Assembly: GCA_964016885.1 (NCBI GenBank) | Contig: OZ024742.1 | Coordinates: 201,810,001-201,874,000, forward strand | Length of the DNA: 64,000 nucleotides | DNA from: Eledone cirrhosa | Taxonomy: Eukaryota | Reading direction: 5' to 3' | Part shown: positions 14,225 to 27,871 of the stretch, one piece after another | How the letters are laid out: each line of letters opens with the position of its first letter | Numbering within the stretch: position 1 is the first letter of the stretch | Position numbers and translations under genes: made by a program | The notes under the pieces: generated by a model | Told to the model about the DNA's origin: nothing | The model's input: only the letters and a program-made list of their open reading frames with translations | Database searches by the model: none

Positions 14225-14821
14225 ATGGTGGCTGCCAACTCGTTTTCAAGTACGGCCACTACTTTATATCCATGTAGGAGAACTCCTACCGATGCGCTGA
14301 ACGAGTGTGACTTTTTAGTCCAGCCAGCAACTTGAACACTCTGGGACAAACACTACACCTGTGACAATTACTGACACATAGTGCTGGGCCCATGGTACCA
14401 TGTGAGGACAAGTGCAGAGAGATCTCCAGATATAAAGCAATGCCTGTGCCGTGAAGCTTTTATAGTGAGCAAAGGCACTGCACAAAGCCAGTCCCACTCT
14501 CTTAACCAAGATGATATGACCCAAAAAGAAGAACAAGTCAACATCAGAGTTGAAGGTGTTATATCAGAGTTTTCCTTCTCCTAGAATTCTGCCTTGACAA
14601 AGGCTAAGGGGTCATCTCTCCCGGTGATTTTGGATGGCCATTGACTCTTAAGAGCTCCTTTGCCCTTTGACAGGTTTTGTTTTTAGTCCTGCAGGATGTC
14701 CAAAGTCACCCTCCTCACCAAGAAACCTTGGTGGGTTTGCCAGTTTAGTCGCCAACGACCCGACCATGAGGCAGGTTGTACTGGGATACATGTTACCAGT
14801 AGCACTAACCGGTGACCTGGC

Positions 14822-14886
<65 letters not shown>

Positions 14887-15510
14887 TGTATATATGTATA
14901 TATGTCAGGTCACCAGTTGGTGCTACTGGTAACATGAATTCCAGTACAACCTGTCTCATGGTCGGATCGTTGGCGACTAAACTGGCAACCCCACCAAGGT
15001 TTCTTGGTGAGGAGGGTGACTTTGGACATCCTGCAGGACTAAAAACAAAACCTGTCAAAGGGCAGAGGAGCTCTTAAGAGTCAATGGCCATCCAAAATCA
15101 CCGGGAGAGATGACCCCTTAGCCTTTGTCAAGGCAGAATTCTAGGAGAAGGAAAACTCTGATATAACACCTGCAACCCTGATGGTATCCAATGATGTTGA
15201 CTTGTTCTTCTTTTTGGTAAATATCATCTTGATTAAGAGAGTGGGACTGGCTCTGTGCAGTGCCTTTGCTCACTATAAAAGCTTCACGGCACATGCATTG
15301 CTATATTTCTGGAGATCTCTCTGCACTTGTTGTCACATGGTACCATGGGCCCAGCACTATGTGTCAATAATTGTCACAAGTGTAGTGTTTGTACCAGAGT
15401 TTTCAAGTCGCTGGCTGGACTAAAAAGTCACACTTGTTCAGCGCATCGGTAGGGGTTCTCCTACATGGATATAAAGTAGTGGCTGTACTCGAACGAGTTG
15501 GCAGCCACCA

Positions 15511-15511
<1 letters not shown>
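14225..15511. repeat. Inverted pair of a ~600-bp non-coding dispersed repeat (14225-14821 and 14904-15511) around a (TA)n core
   Basis: Arms are reverse complements with scattered substitutions and one indel. More diverged copies lie at 54664-55076, 59595-60130 and ~6770-7028. Confidence 0.9.
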
Positions 15512-15609
<98 letters not shown>

Positions 15610-15764
15610 ACATGTATATATATATGTATGATTGTGTGTGTGTGTATGTGTATGTGGGTGTGGGTGGTGTGGGGATGTTTGTGTGTGTTTGTGTGAATGG
15701 GTGTGTAAGTGAATTTGTCAAGACTAAATTCTAAAGAACTAAACGAATCGATTCAATTATATCA

Positions 15765-16050
15765 TAGTTATTGATATACTGTCCGGCCAAAGCAGTCAAC
15801 AAGACCATGGGGAATAAAAGTAGAAGTAGCGAGATCAGGCAAATTATTGGGGACAACCCATCCTAACATACGAAAACAAAGAGTACAATGGTTGGGACAC
15901 ATAACGAGTATGCCAACCAGCCAACCAGCCAACCAGGTGGCTCTTTGTGCGTATAATACAAAAGGAGTATAACACACAACCATAGGAAAATATAGTAATA
16001 TGATCAGGAGAAAGGTAGGGACAAGACAAATCCATCATCAAATTTAACAG
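15765..16050 (+). mobile_element. LINE (RTE-like) 3' coding remnant
   Basis: Frames give SSEIRQ...IRKQRVQWLGHITSM..PARWLF, the WxGH motif of LINE C-termini. Confidence 0.5.
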
Positions 16051-16992
16051 CAAAGAGTCATCCCCATCCCTCTGTATGGTGAGCAAATGAGGTCCCACGT
16101 GCTGGCCTCCCCAGAGCCCCTGCGGACAGTAATTAGAATAGGAAGACATAGGCGAATGACCCTAAATAAACCCTGACGTCATATAGCAGGTTAGACTTTC
16201 TAACTCATTAGAACAACGGCTTTCTCTTTCTGTGACATCTTTATAGTTACAAGCATAAAAAAATGAAAGAAGAATGATGAGACTTTTCCTTAGAAATGTA
16301 CCCCTGATATGAATGAAAGCCAGTGAAAATAATTTCATAATCGGTTTATTAGTAAAATCAGGGGAACTAAGGCGAGATGCTGTAGTGCCAGTCTACCAAT
16401 TTTCGCCCATGAGTCGTAGCCAACTCCGAAATTATAGAAGGAAGTTGACAAAGTGCCTCGCTGTGAGACTAAACCCCAAACTACAACCATGTTGTTGCAA
16501 ATCGCACTATTCAAACAGAGCCTATGATATTTTGATTTATTCTTCAAAATTTGTCATGCAATGTTATCTCTATATTATAGTAGTGTGGTCACTCAAAATG
16601 TCGTATTAGTCTCTTAATACCATATTCTTCAGGAAATGGATTTTGCGATCTAAGTGTCAGGCAAACACAGAAACTAAAATAATATTTACTAATAAGTTCA
16701 GAAACGTCGTTAGGCGTCGCCTCTATTTTGTAATTCGGCAACCATATTTTGTGTTCATTAAATATTTCATTTTTTTTCTCTTTTCCTATTTGTTTTGAAA
16801 GAACAATTTCCATTAGAAATCTGATATTTTAATGAAAATTCATCACATCACAGTTTTCTAATTTGGTAAATGTTACGTTGAATCATTAGCACATAAATGT
16901 ATGTACTCTATTTATGTATTTAGCGATTGATGGATCATCTATTTAATTATACATAATACATAATTACATATAAACGTACATACATATGTGAG

Positions 16993-17069
<77 letters not shown>

Positions 17070-17167
17070 ATGATATTAATAAATGGAAACTATATTTATA
17101 AAACCATATTTATTCTACTATAAGTTTAGGAATAACCAAAGAGTGCTTAGAAATACATTGTTTTATT

Positions 17168-17216
17168 TGTTAACAGTGTTTCCTCCATACCCGATGGCAG
17201 GAATCATCAGAGCTTA
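17168..17216 (-). ncRNA. Degenerate hammerhead motif at the 3' end of the insert
   Basis: Reverse complement: agct CTGATGA ttcctgccatcgggtatggag GAAA cactg TT aac; resembles the 11101 HHR. Confidence 0.55.
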
Positions 17217-18478
17217 CAAACAAAAATATATCAGAGGTTGCAGGCTCCATCAAGCTCAGTCACCAGAACAAGGATAAAGGACAAGTACGGGAGTCCCAAG
17301 GCCAGCGCTATATAGAGAAACACACAATACATGACGCACATAATGTCATAAAATGTCATTAAAAATTTACATCAAAAGTTTATCACATAAATGGTGCAAT
17401 AGATGATAAGGAGAGGATAGAAAGAAGTGAGTGAGGGTGTTACCCAGTATGATAAAAAAAAACAAAAAGACAACCAAACAAACAAAACAAATCATAGATA
17501 CATCAAATCACAAGCAGTGCAAATGCAGGATGTACAGGCAGAGAATGAAAGCTTGCAAGCGTGAGTCCGTGAAAAGAAAAGTTGGTTAGCTGTGGTGCAG
17601 CTTTACAGGTAGGATTGTCTATAGGAAGGATGGTGCACTCCAGTTATACCGCCCTGTAACAGGTCGATTTCTCCATATCATACCAACACCCTCCATCCAT
17701 TGGTTCCAGTTCCAAGCGTTAGGCGATATAATACTATGTTTCCAAAACATATACCCAGAGGATTTCTCCACATAGGCAGTCTGCAATAAACACCTTAAAT
17801 CTAAAATAAAGAAAAGTACAATGAGGTGAAGTAAAGTAGAGTACATGTACTACCGGCACTCCAGTGAGGAAAGTGAAAATAAAACAGGTCCGCAATATCT
17901 GCTATCTCCCAAAGTCCTCACGTTTGGTCACGCAACCCAACGTCCCAAGTGAAATACACTGTATGGCCGAGTTGGCATCGAACTAACGTGCCATACCATA
18001 TGCAAACATACCTCAGTCAATGCTATTCGTGATGGCTTAGACAGAAAGCGTAGATAGAAAGCGTATATAGAAAACTCCGCTTACGGAATTACCTATGGCA
18101 GAGTGAAGGAAAAGCAGTTACGGTTACATTAATAAGCGGGTTTATTAGAGTGAGTGCAAAATATCTGTTGTGTGCAGATACTGTAGAATATATAGTAAAC
18201 TCACGGCTAAAACTGTCAATGACAACTATGTTGTTTACAAGTCCACCACGTGGTTTTCATGTAGATTACTGAATCCGGAGGTAGCAAACCTTTCACAGTC
18301 GGGTATAACGCCTCCCGGGTCGGCTGGAAGTCAATAACCATCGCATACTGCCTTGAGTGTGGTTCTATAATTCATCATATTTGCAGCACAATCCATATTC
18401 CACACTTTCAAATGTTACCCTCTCGCTAGTAACACACAACGTTTGTCAGAATACAAACTCAGGAAGTCGTTGTGTGCT

Positions 18479-18539
18479 TATTCTATTATATATATTTCAA
18501 GGGTACCAAAACTTTGGTACGCACTCATCAGAGAAGATA
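18479..18539 (-). ncRNA. Minimal hammerhead motif
   Basis: Reverse complement: tatcttct CTGATGA gtgc-gtaccaaa-gt-tttggtac-cctt GAAA tatata TA atagaata; stem I imperfect. Confidence 0.65.
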
Positions 18540-18612
18540 CAAAGTTGGTTTTATAAATATTGACATATCCAGGAATGAGACCTTAACGGTTCAAGTTTTA
18601 CCTGGATATATA

Positions 18613-18754
18613 TATATAGGAAAATGTTTGACCCCAACGGCTTGAGCTCTGCTGTTGGGGTCAAACATTTTCCTATTACCCACTCTACTACTCTAAGCAT
18701 TGAGTACTCTGGTGCGTTATGGTCCATCTGGTTCCTTACCACACTTCCTTCGTT
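18613..18754 (+). mobile_element. Fold-back micro-element (hairpin 18615-18676 + tail), family of 9118-9277
   Basis: taggaaaatgtttgaccccaac..gttggggtcaaacattttccta; the tail is close to the reverse complement of 9118-9196. Confidence 0.75.
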
Positions 18755-18760
18755 ATATAT

Positions 18761-18832
<72 letters not shown>

Positions 18833-18959
18833 TCAGATACAGGAAGAGGTTTCTTTAAACAATTATTAATTTACAATTGTTTCAATACAACTGTCACTTT
18901 ATACTAATGCCATGACAATATAATAAATAATCGATTGTAGGCTTAATTTTACTGTCGAC

Positions 18960-19250
18960 CTATGAATGCATGTGTTACAACCTCCATGATCAAGTCACCC
19001 CAAAGATATAGCCTCCTTGCTTGCTAGATCTAAATCTGTTGAGTACTACGTATGGGGCTTAATCGAGAAGGAAGTCAATCAACGCCCCAGTAACAACCTA
19101 AGTTCTCTAAAATCACACATAATTAGCCCAATATCCAAAATAGATAAAGGTCATGTGATTCGGACATGCCAATGTTTCGGATATGCCAATGTTTCGGACA
19201 TTGTATTCAAACAGTCGTCTAGGCTAATGGTGAACTCAAAGAGTAGGCAT
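18960..19250 (+). mobile_element. Tc1/mariner-type transposase C-terminal remnant
   Basis: Decayed PP..LDLN then EYYVWGLIEKEVNQRP.NNLSSLK..I, resembling the WPPxSPDLNPxDYxVW motif. Confidence 0.6.
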
Positions 19251-19392
19251 GTCAAGAAGTGTTTTAAGATTATTCATAGCAATAATTTTCAGGTAAACCT
19301 CTCCTTTCATGACTTGAGCGTCTTATACTAAATTGAAGCATGTCATCAAAGAACTGTGCATCTCTGTATCTATCTCTCTATCTCTCTCTCTT

Positions 19393-19467
<75 letters not shown>

Positions 19468-19483
19468 ATATATATATATATAT

Positions 19484-19915
19484 ATACGATATTAACAAAT
19501 GGAAACTATATTTATAAAACGATATTTATTTCATTATACATATTTCAAGGACACCAAGTTAAATTATGGTGTGCTTTCATCAGATAAAATATAATATAGA
19601 TCAGTTTTATAAATAAATATTGACATACCCTTAAAAAATGCAACCATTACTGTTGGAAGCTCCAGTAATGGTTGCATTTTTTAAGGGTATGTCAATATTT
19701 ATTTATAAAACTGATCTATATTATATTTTATCTGATGAAAGCACACCATAATTTAACTTGGTGTCCTTCAAATATGTATAATGAAATAAATATGGTTTTA
19801 TAAATATAGTTTCCAGTTGTTAATATCGTATTTTTACTCCAAATATTTGTTGAGTGCTTTATATCAGTTATAAAAATATTTTCTTGTTGTATCCCAAAAA
19901 TTTAAATTGAACAAT

Positions 19916-19918
<3 letters not shown>
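19484..19918 (+). mobile_element. Fold-back micro-element with HHR, arms 19484-19653 / 19662-19831, tail 19832-19918
   Basis: ~170-bp arms with few mismatches; (TA)n flanks. Confidence 0.9.
19527..19591 (-). ncRNA. Minimal type I hammerhead motif (the plus-strand mirror 19724-19788 has GAAA>CAAA)
   Basis: Reverse complement: tattttat CTGATGA aagcacacca-taatttaact-tggtgtcctt GAAA tatgta TA atgaaata. Confidence 0.8.
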
Positions 19919-19984
<66 letters not shown>

Positions 19985-20587
19985 CTCCTTCTATATATAT
20001 ATTATAATATTTGTAAAGCGAACATTAGCTACCGTACAGCATGAACTATTCGATTTATTTGAGGCAATCATAAACCACTCAATGGGTCGAAACTTAAAAA
20101 CAAACATTAAGTCCAGAGTTTACACCGTAGTTACAAAATGTGACATCAAGAAAAATGACCGAAGGCTCAAACTATGCATACAACAAAATTACGATATCTG
20201 GACCATCACTGGTTGATTAAAATCGATATAATTGATAAAATCTCAGATAGATTTCTGCAGCCCCTAGAAATTAATGCACAAGTAATACAGATAATACATG
20301 TGTACTTCCATGATCGAACTGGAATTCTTTCATCAGCAGGTTTCGTCCTTTTTTAAATTTCAAGAACACCTCAGATTCCACACTACTTGTAGCAATAATT
20401 CAGTCTGTAGTCATGTTACCTTACTCAAAGGAGGAAGTCAACTAGTCGAAATTATATATGTATATGGCACCTGGTCATTGTACACAATAATTTCATTAAT
20501 ATTATTATTATATATATCAATCTATCTCACTCTATCTATGTACATAATATATATGTAGAGAGAGACAGACAGACAAACAGACAAACA

Positions 20588-21181
<594 letters not shown>

Positions 21182-21429
21182 TAGACATATTTCTTTATTT
21201 GCCACAAGAGCGCACAAGAAAAGGGGACAATACAAAGACATGGCGGGAATGTTACATACAGTCGTGTAAAAAATATAAAAACAAACAATTACAACATTCG
21301 AAATTCCTAATGGGGGGAAGGGGGAGGCGCCACAAATAGGTTGTTTAATACCCCGTCGATAGAACAACCCTCAACTCCAGGAGCGTGTTGTGCAAGTGCT
21401 CCTTTCTTCCTTTTGATCTCTTCTTTAAA

Positions 21430-24400
21430 CTACAGGCTTATAAACAGAGAAGGCCCAATCACTCGGGCCAGTTTTGCCACATTCACCCACCTTTGAGTAA
21501 ATTTACTGGGGTGCAGTGCCTCTCTCTCCACTCTGATTCTCCTTCTAAAGTGATACTTAAAGAAGGGAATCAATTGTTGTCCGGAGAGAAAGGCATCTCT
21601 CTTCAGTCCTCTCAAACTCGTCCACCATACAACCTCTTTCACCATAGCCACCGTACATAAGAAAACCGCTTCTCTTTCGTTTTTGAAAGAGGCTGACGGT
21701 TTGATCCTTACTATGGACTCGGCAGTCAACTGTATTTGTCTTATAAGCGACAGCAGTTGTTCTGCATAATTCCACAGGTCGGTTACGCTCGGGCAGTGTA
21801 CAATTGCGTGCAGGACGGTTTCAATGTACTGCGCACATCTTGAAAACATCCTCTTGGAAGGATCCCTGCCCTACGTGCCTGTAGATCTTGTAACGAACCG
21901 GTAGGGCTCCTCGGTAGCATTTCCAGGCCAGGGACCTCTGGAAGTTGTCCATAGGTCTCGAGCGGAAAGTCCTACCAAACAGACTGGTAAGCTCATCGTC
22001 TTCGACGCCCAGAGTCTCTCCGAGCTCGTCGTCGCCCTTGTAACGTACAATCCCTCTATAGAATGTCGTATTGGAGTCTCCACTGATTGCTTCGCCCGCT
22101 TTCCAGAGGACTGTGAGCGCCTGAGCGCATTCAATGTGCCACGCGCCCAACGGTTGGGGGTCGGTGAGGACTACCTGGAGATGCCGGAGACTCAGCGCAT
22201 GTTTACGCATCATCAGCCACGGCAATAGCAGCCCTCCGTTGGAAGGGTGCTGACAGCAGACGGATCGCCTCACCAGCGGAGCCTGCTTCTTCCACAGAAA
22301 CTGGAAGAGCATGCGTTCCATCTTGGCGAGGTGTTCACGGGGACAAGGCACGACAGTCAAGCGGTAGTAGATGACGGACGCTATGAAAGTGTTCGCCACC
22401 TCCGCTCGACCTTTCAAGGACAGTTTGCACTCTGCCCACTTCTGGGTGATTGCAAATACCTTGGCCGTGACCTCGTTCCAGTTTTTCTCCACCTGGAGGT
22501 CTGGACCGAACCAGACCCTGAGCAATTTCACCGGTCTGTCCGTCCAGCGTCCAACGACGCTGTAGGACGTCATCGATTTGGCTCTCCACGTACCGAGTTG
22601 CAAACCGACAGACTTGTTCGGGTTTAGTTTTGCTCCCGTCAGCGTTTCGTATTATTTGAGTAAGTTGCCGATCACCCCGACTTCCGAGGTGCTCGACACC
22701 ATTACCGTTACGTCGTCGGCATAAGCTGACGCCGCTTTGCGCTGTCCCGTTTCTAAAGGGATGCTCTGCAACAGCTCCAATTTCTGCAGTAGTGGCTCTA
22801 GAGTCAATACATACAGAATGGAGGAGAGAGGGCAGCGCTGTCGAATGGGGAGCGTGATTGCGAACGGCTCCGATAGGTTCACCTTGACCCTCGAGCAGAT
22901 GCTGGTGTGCATCGCCTCGATCCAGCCTCTGAAAAAGGGACCGAAACCGGCCGCCTTGAGAGCCACTTCCAAGTATCGATGGTCGACCCTATCGAATGCC
23001 TTAGACTGATCCAAATTGATCAGAGCCCCACCGCAGCCGGGTTTACTACTCACCCTCTCTATGATGTATCGCATGAGGTGGAGGTTGTCGTGTATGGACC
23101 TGGACGGGATTGCACACGTTTGCGCTTTCCCTACCAGGTTCTAGACGACAAACGCCAACCTCTTCACTAGCACCTTGGCCAAAATATTTAACTCTGTGTT
23201 GAGCAGAGTTATGGGGCCTGAAGTTGTTAATTTTGTCCCCATTGTTCTCGTCTTTCCTGATAAGCGTTACTACGCCCTTGCCTGCAGAACTGGGTATTCT
23301 TCCGTTCTGCTGCCAATTGCAGTAGACGGCTTCGAGGACGCCAAAGAATAAGTCCGGTGTGCCTATGTAAAACTCATAGGGTAGACCATCTAGATCGGGT
23401 GACTTGCGTTTCCCGCAGCGGCCCAGAGCGTTCCGTATTTCAGTGTCTGTGATCGGTCTTTCGCAGAACTCGGCGTCTGTGTTCGAGAGACGCGGCAGGC
23501 CGTCGACGTATGAACTAAAGTTCATTGCCCCGTTAGGCTCACCGTCGTTCTGCTCAAACAGTCGCTCAAAGTGCTGCTGAAAGGCCGCGCACATTTGCTT
23601 GTGGTCAAGTAGCACGCGTCCGTTTTGCTCTTTCAAAGACCGAATCGTGGACTTGTTGCCACTTTTCACCTCCGCCACTCGGGCCCAGCTGACAGTTTTC
23701 GCTCGTTCGTTTCCTAGAGCACGCGTTTTGCTTCTGACCACGCAGCCTTCGAGTTTCGCAGAATTGTCCAGTGCCGTTCTCGACGCTATCACTCTAGCCG
23801 CGTTGCCACTTCTAAGTGCCTCCTCTACCATGGCTACTAGTTCTCTTTCTATTTTGTTTCTCTCTAAGGCTAACTCTCTGCTAAACCCTATCGATTCTAT
23901 TCTAATTGCCTTCTTGAGAGAGTACCACCATTTATTGTTGACGATGGCTCCCGTTAACAGTTGCTTGACTAGTCTACTTACCCGTTCACTGTAAGCTTTA
24001 CGTGCCGGCAACGACACGCTCAGCTTCCAGTATCCGGGTCCTTGTCTATGTGTTCTATCACGGTTGACTAACCAGACGACTAATTTCTGATCTGAATAGG
24101 CAACCATGTGCATTCGTGGACAGCTTAACATCTCCTTGTCCCTTTCTCTAATGAAGAACCTATCTAAATACGATCTAGATGTCCCGCTGCGGTTTGCCCA
24201 CGTCCACTGTGGTGCAGTCGGGAAATCCAGTCGATACCTATCGGCGAGTTGGAATTGGCCGATTAAAGTTTTGAGGCTGTTGCACCTCCCTCTACTGGGA
24301 CAGGCTCCCACATAGTCCCATCGTGCATCTAGGATACCATTCCAGCCCCCCACTAAAAGTAATGAGCGAGACGTTCCCTGAAAAGACTCTAGATGCTTAA

Positions 24401-24773
24401 AGAAGTCTGGCCGTGATAGCGATTGCCCGGTCGTGGCATAAACGGCCACCAGTCTGTAGGCTCCACCTCCAATACTGTTCACGTCTAGGACTACCAGTCT
24501 ATACTCCGGGTCCAAGTGTACTTGCTGTACTCCGACGTCCAGGTTCTTCCGAAACATGACAGCCACTCCCCCTCCACCTCCTGGCTGACAGAGAGATGCG
24601 TAGATCTCAAAGTCGTCGAAGATGGGGGTTAGTTGCTGCCTGTTGTGGATCCTGAACTCGGTGATGGCTATCACATCCATACCGTGTGACCTAAGGTCGT
24701 TTAAAAGTTGGCTCTGTTTCGAGGGCATCCCTAGACCACGTACAATCACGCTTCCAACTCGTAAACTAGCCAT
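21430..24773 (-). pseudogene. Tx1/L1 ORF2 (AP endonuclease + reverse transcriptase), frameshifted
   Basis: APE motifs DVIAITE, GGWN, WTW, SYLDRFF, SDQK, GPGYWKL. RT motifs KSPDLDGLPYEFY, LDQSKAFDRVDH, RQRCPLS, AYADDV. C-terminal C..ETVLHAIVHC. Confidence 0.9.
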
Positions 24774-24814
24774 GTTGGTGAAGAAGTGTTGAAGAAAAAG
24801 GACGAAGGCTGCAC

Positions 24815-26310
24815 TTACCTTTTCGTTTCCTGGAGATCGGGTTGTTCAATCTCCATTTGGGTGCTGGATGGGGTGTTGGGTGGGGTGGGGAAACATTTTA
24901 ACAGGACGCGGTTGAATGGTTTCTGGCAGAGGTTGTCCACGTCCTCCGAAAATTTATTTCTCAGGTCACTATAGGTCTCCATAAAGACCCTTATAAGTTT
25001 AAGGTGTGGAGACGATTTTGCCTTGACGAAAGTTTTACCCTCCGTCTCCCCCTTGGGGTTTTGGGAGATGTCCTCCATCAAACTCTTGTTGTTTGTGTTG
25101 ATGTATGCGTATTGTTGTTTGTGTTTTTGTTGTGTTGTTTTAGTTTGTTGTTCGTCTGGGAATATTCTTTTCATGGTGGGTGCTTGTGTTGGTGTTGGTT
25201 TTGCTGGTAGGGGGATGTTTGACTGTGGTATTGTTTGTGTTGTTGTTTGTGTCACTGGTTGTGTGTTGGTGATTGGAGTTTTGGAGTTTTGTGGTGTATC
25301 TTTTTTGTTTTTTAGATTTCCGAGGCTCTCCTTCTTCTTCACTTAAAGAAGGGGAAACAGCCTCATCTGTTGTTGAATAATCATCGTCAGGAGTGTGGGC
25401 TAGGGGTATATTTTGTGGTGGTGGTGTTTCGGTGTGTGTGTTTGTGGTAGTGTTTGATGGAGTGGGATGGGGTGGGGCTGTGTTCTTCAAGGGTGTTGTC
25501 TCTGTTTTTTTCTGTTGTTGGTTCAGTGGCTGCTTGTTTTGGTGTGTTTGCTTGTTTCGTGAGTTGTTGTTGTTGTGGTGGTGTCTGTTTTGGTGTTGGT
25601 AACAGTGCTTTCTTTTGTATTGTTTTTGTTGATCGTGTTTGTAAAGGGCAGGACGCCTTTAGGTGTGTCGTGCTACCACAGCGAAGGCAATGAAATTTAC
25701 AATCCTCCATCGAAATGTTTAATTTGTTGTTGTCGGCGACGACGACTTTTTCGGGTATTTTGGAGATTCTCTCCGGCTTCATTTGCACCAGAGTCTCCAA
25801 ATCAGTACCCGCCCACCTTTGTCTAATAGACTTTCGTATTGAAAGAATGGCATCAGTCTCTGGCTCCACGAAGCCAGCCAAGATCCACCAGATGTTAATG
25901 TCTGGTGGTATATTTTTTATTTTTATTTTTTGTCTCCTTTTTCCCATGTACGTAGGGAAAAAGGTGAATGCTTTTGATACCATTGGTGTCACAGAATGTT
26001 TTTGGGCGAGTGCCTCGCTTTTAAACAGTACGGAAAGACTTCCGTACTGTTTTCCTCGTTGGAGAAAGTCAATATTTGCTAGAGTCTCCTTCAAGGTGGC
26101 TTCTATGTCTGCTTGACTCACAAATATTGGCTTCCTCGTTGTGTTGGAGACACTCCTGAAGGTCACTGTCCTCCGAACTGTCTCTTTTTTTATTTCGAGG
26201 GGTGAGTTAATTCTAAACCAACCCTTGTCTTCGAAAGTTACAAATGTTTCCCTTGCTGGAGCATATCTCTTGCATATCTCTTGCATTAGCGTTTCTTCCG
26301 AGTTATTCAT
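24815..26310 (-). pseudogene. Tx1/L1 ORF1 (nucleic-acid-binding, zinc knuckle), frameshifted
   Basis: CLRCGSTTHLKASC (CX2CX4HX4C), then a T/Q/P-rich region, directly upstream of ORF2. Confidence 0.8.
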
Positions 26311-26527
26311 GTTTTATAGTTGGCAAAATTTGTTTTTTTTTAAAACAACTTTTAAATTAAATTTTCGCCCCTAAAGGGCCGAACAATGGCATTACCACCC
26401 AGCTGACAATTCCGCTTGGGGGTTAATCTACAAAATGATATGTTTTTTTCAAACAATTAGTTCGTTTTTTGTAGAGAAATTAACAAAAAAGCTTACCAGC
26501 ATAGTTCCACGCGTCAGGCAGATAAAG

Positions 26528-26598
<71 letters not shown>

Positions 26599-26599
26599 G

Positions 26600-26640
<41 letters not shown>

Positions 26641-27460
26641 CATACATATATTTCTTTTAACTATATAGATATCTACAAAGATAGATAGATAGAAAGATAG
26701 ATGGATATATAGATAGTTAGATTGATAATTAGAAGAGAATGATTTTCTGAAGATAAACAGAAGACCACCACACGTATATAGTAGAGAGGCTATATACTTA
26801 TTGTGCATAGAATTGATAGAATAGTTTCGTCGTCATCATGTGTGTGTATGTCCGTGTGTACATGTGTATATATGATGTGTTTTTATATACATACATATCT
26901 ATACATACATACATATATATCTATTTTTATATATATATACATGTATACATATAAATAAATATATACATATTATATATATATATATACATATATACATATA
27001 TATATATGTATACACATATACATATATATATACATATATATATATATATGCATACATACACGTGTATGGATATACTTATATATATATATATATATGCAAA
27101 TTAAATATCAACTTACACTTATAGAGCAACATGTCTGGTGACGCAACTATTATATCTATGAAGTAAAAGCGATAATACGTAACTATGTCTGGCTTTGAAT
27201 GAGGAGAATAAGAAATATTTATAACATGTCGAAATATGGCATTACCTTCCATTCATTGTAGACATTGAAACACACACGATGCATGGCATAAAGACATAGA
27301 CATAAATATTGTACTACTATTGATTATGGGAATACATACAGGTGTAACATTAATAACCATCTCTCACCCATTTACAAATTACACGCTCACACACAACAAA
27401 CACAAAAAAAACATATGTGTATATGTATATATATATATATATATGTATATAAATATATAA

Positions 27461-27544
<84 letters not shown>

Positions 27545-27871
27545 ATACATATATATACATATATATAGATAGATAGATACGTATATAGATAGATAGATAG
27601 ATAGATAGATTGATAGATAGATAGATAGATAGATATATGGATTTGAATAGATATTCATATTCGACCATCGAAATCGTATGAATACATCCATTTTTATAAA
27701 GACATGCGTGTGTGTGTGTGGGTATGTGGATGTGTCTGTGGGGTGTGTGGGTGTGCGTGCGCGCATTTGTATACGGCAATCGGCAATATAGATAGATATG
27801 TATATAGACAAATAGTTATAGTCACTGGTATAATTATACGTGCAAACACACACACACATATATATATAATA

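Larger units (their letters stand above)
17068..18610 (-). mobile_element. Composite: HHR arm of the 19484 family split by a 1.35-kb insert (17123-18477)
   Basis: 17072-17122 and 18478-18570 together match 19488-19630. A 13-bp near-duplication (ttattctactata / ttattctattata) flanks the insert. Confidence 0.7.
21189..26445 (-). mobile_element. Tx1/L1-clade non-LTR retrotransposon, near full length, degenerate
   Basis: ORF1 with CCHC knuckle, ORF2 with APE + RT, 3' UTR with AATAAA; microsatellite flanks. Confidence 0.9.

Noticed and set aside
14648-15077. Mirror-image ORFs MTGFVFSPAGCPK on both strands
   Set aside because: A consequence of the palindrome; no coding signature.
14904-15170. HDV-like or twister ribozyme in the 600-bp repeat
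   Set aside because: Required pseudoknot elements (P1/P1.1/L3 order, or the twister GUCCCAAGC loop) could not be placed.
16200-16830. High-complexity segment with 70-98 aa ORFs
   Set aside because: No recognisable motif or consistent splice or frame structure.
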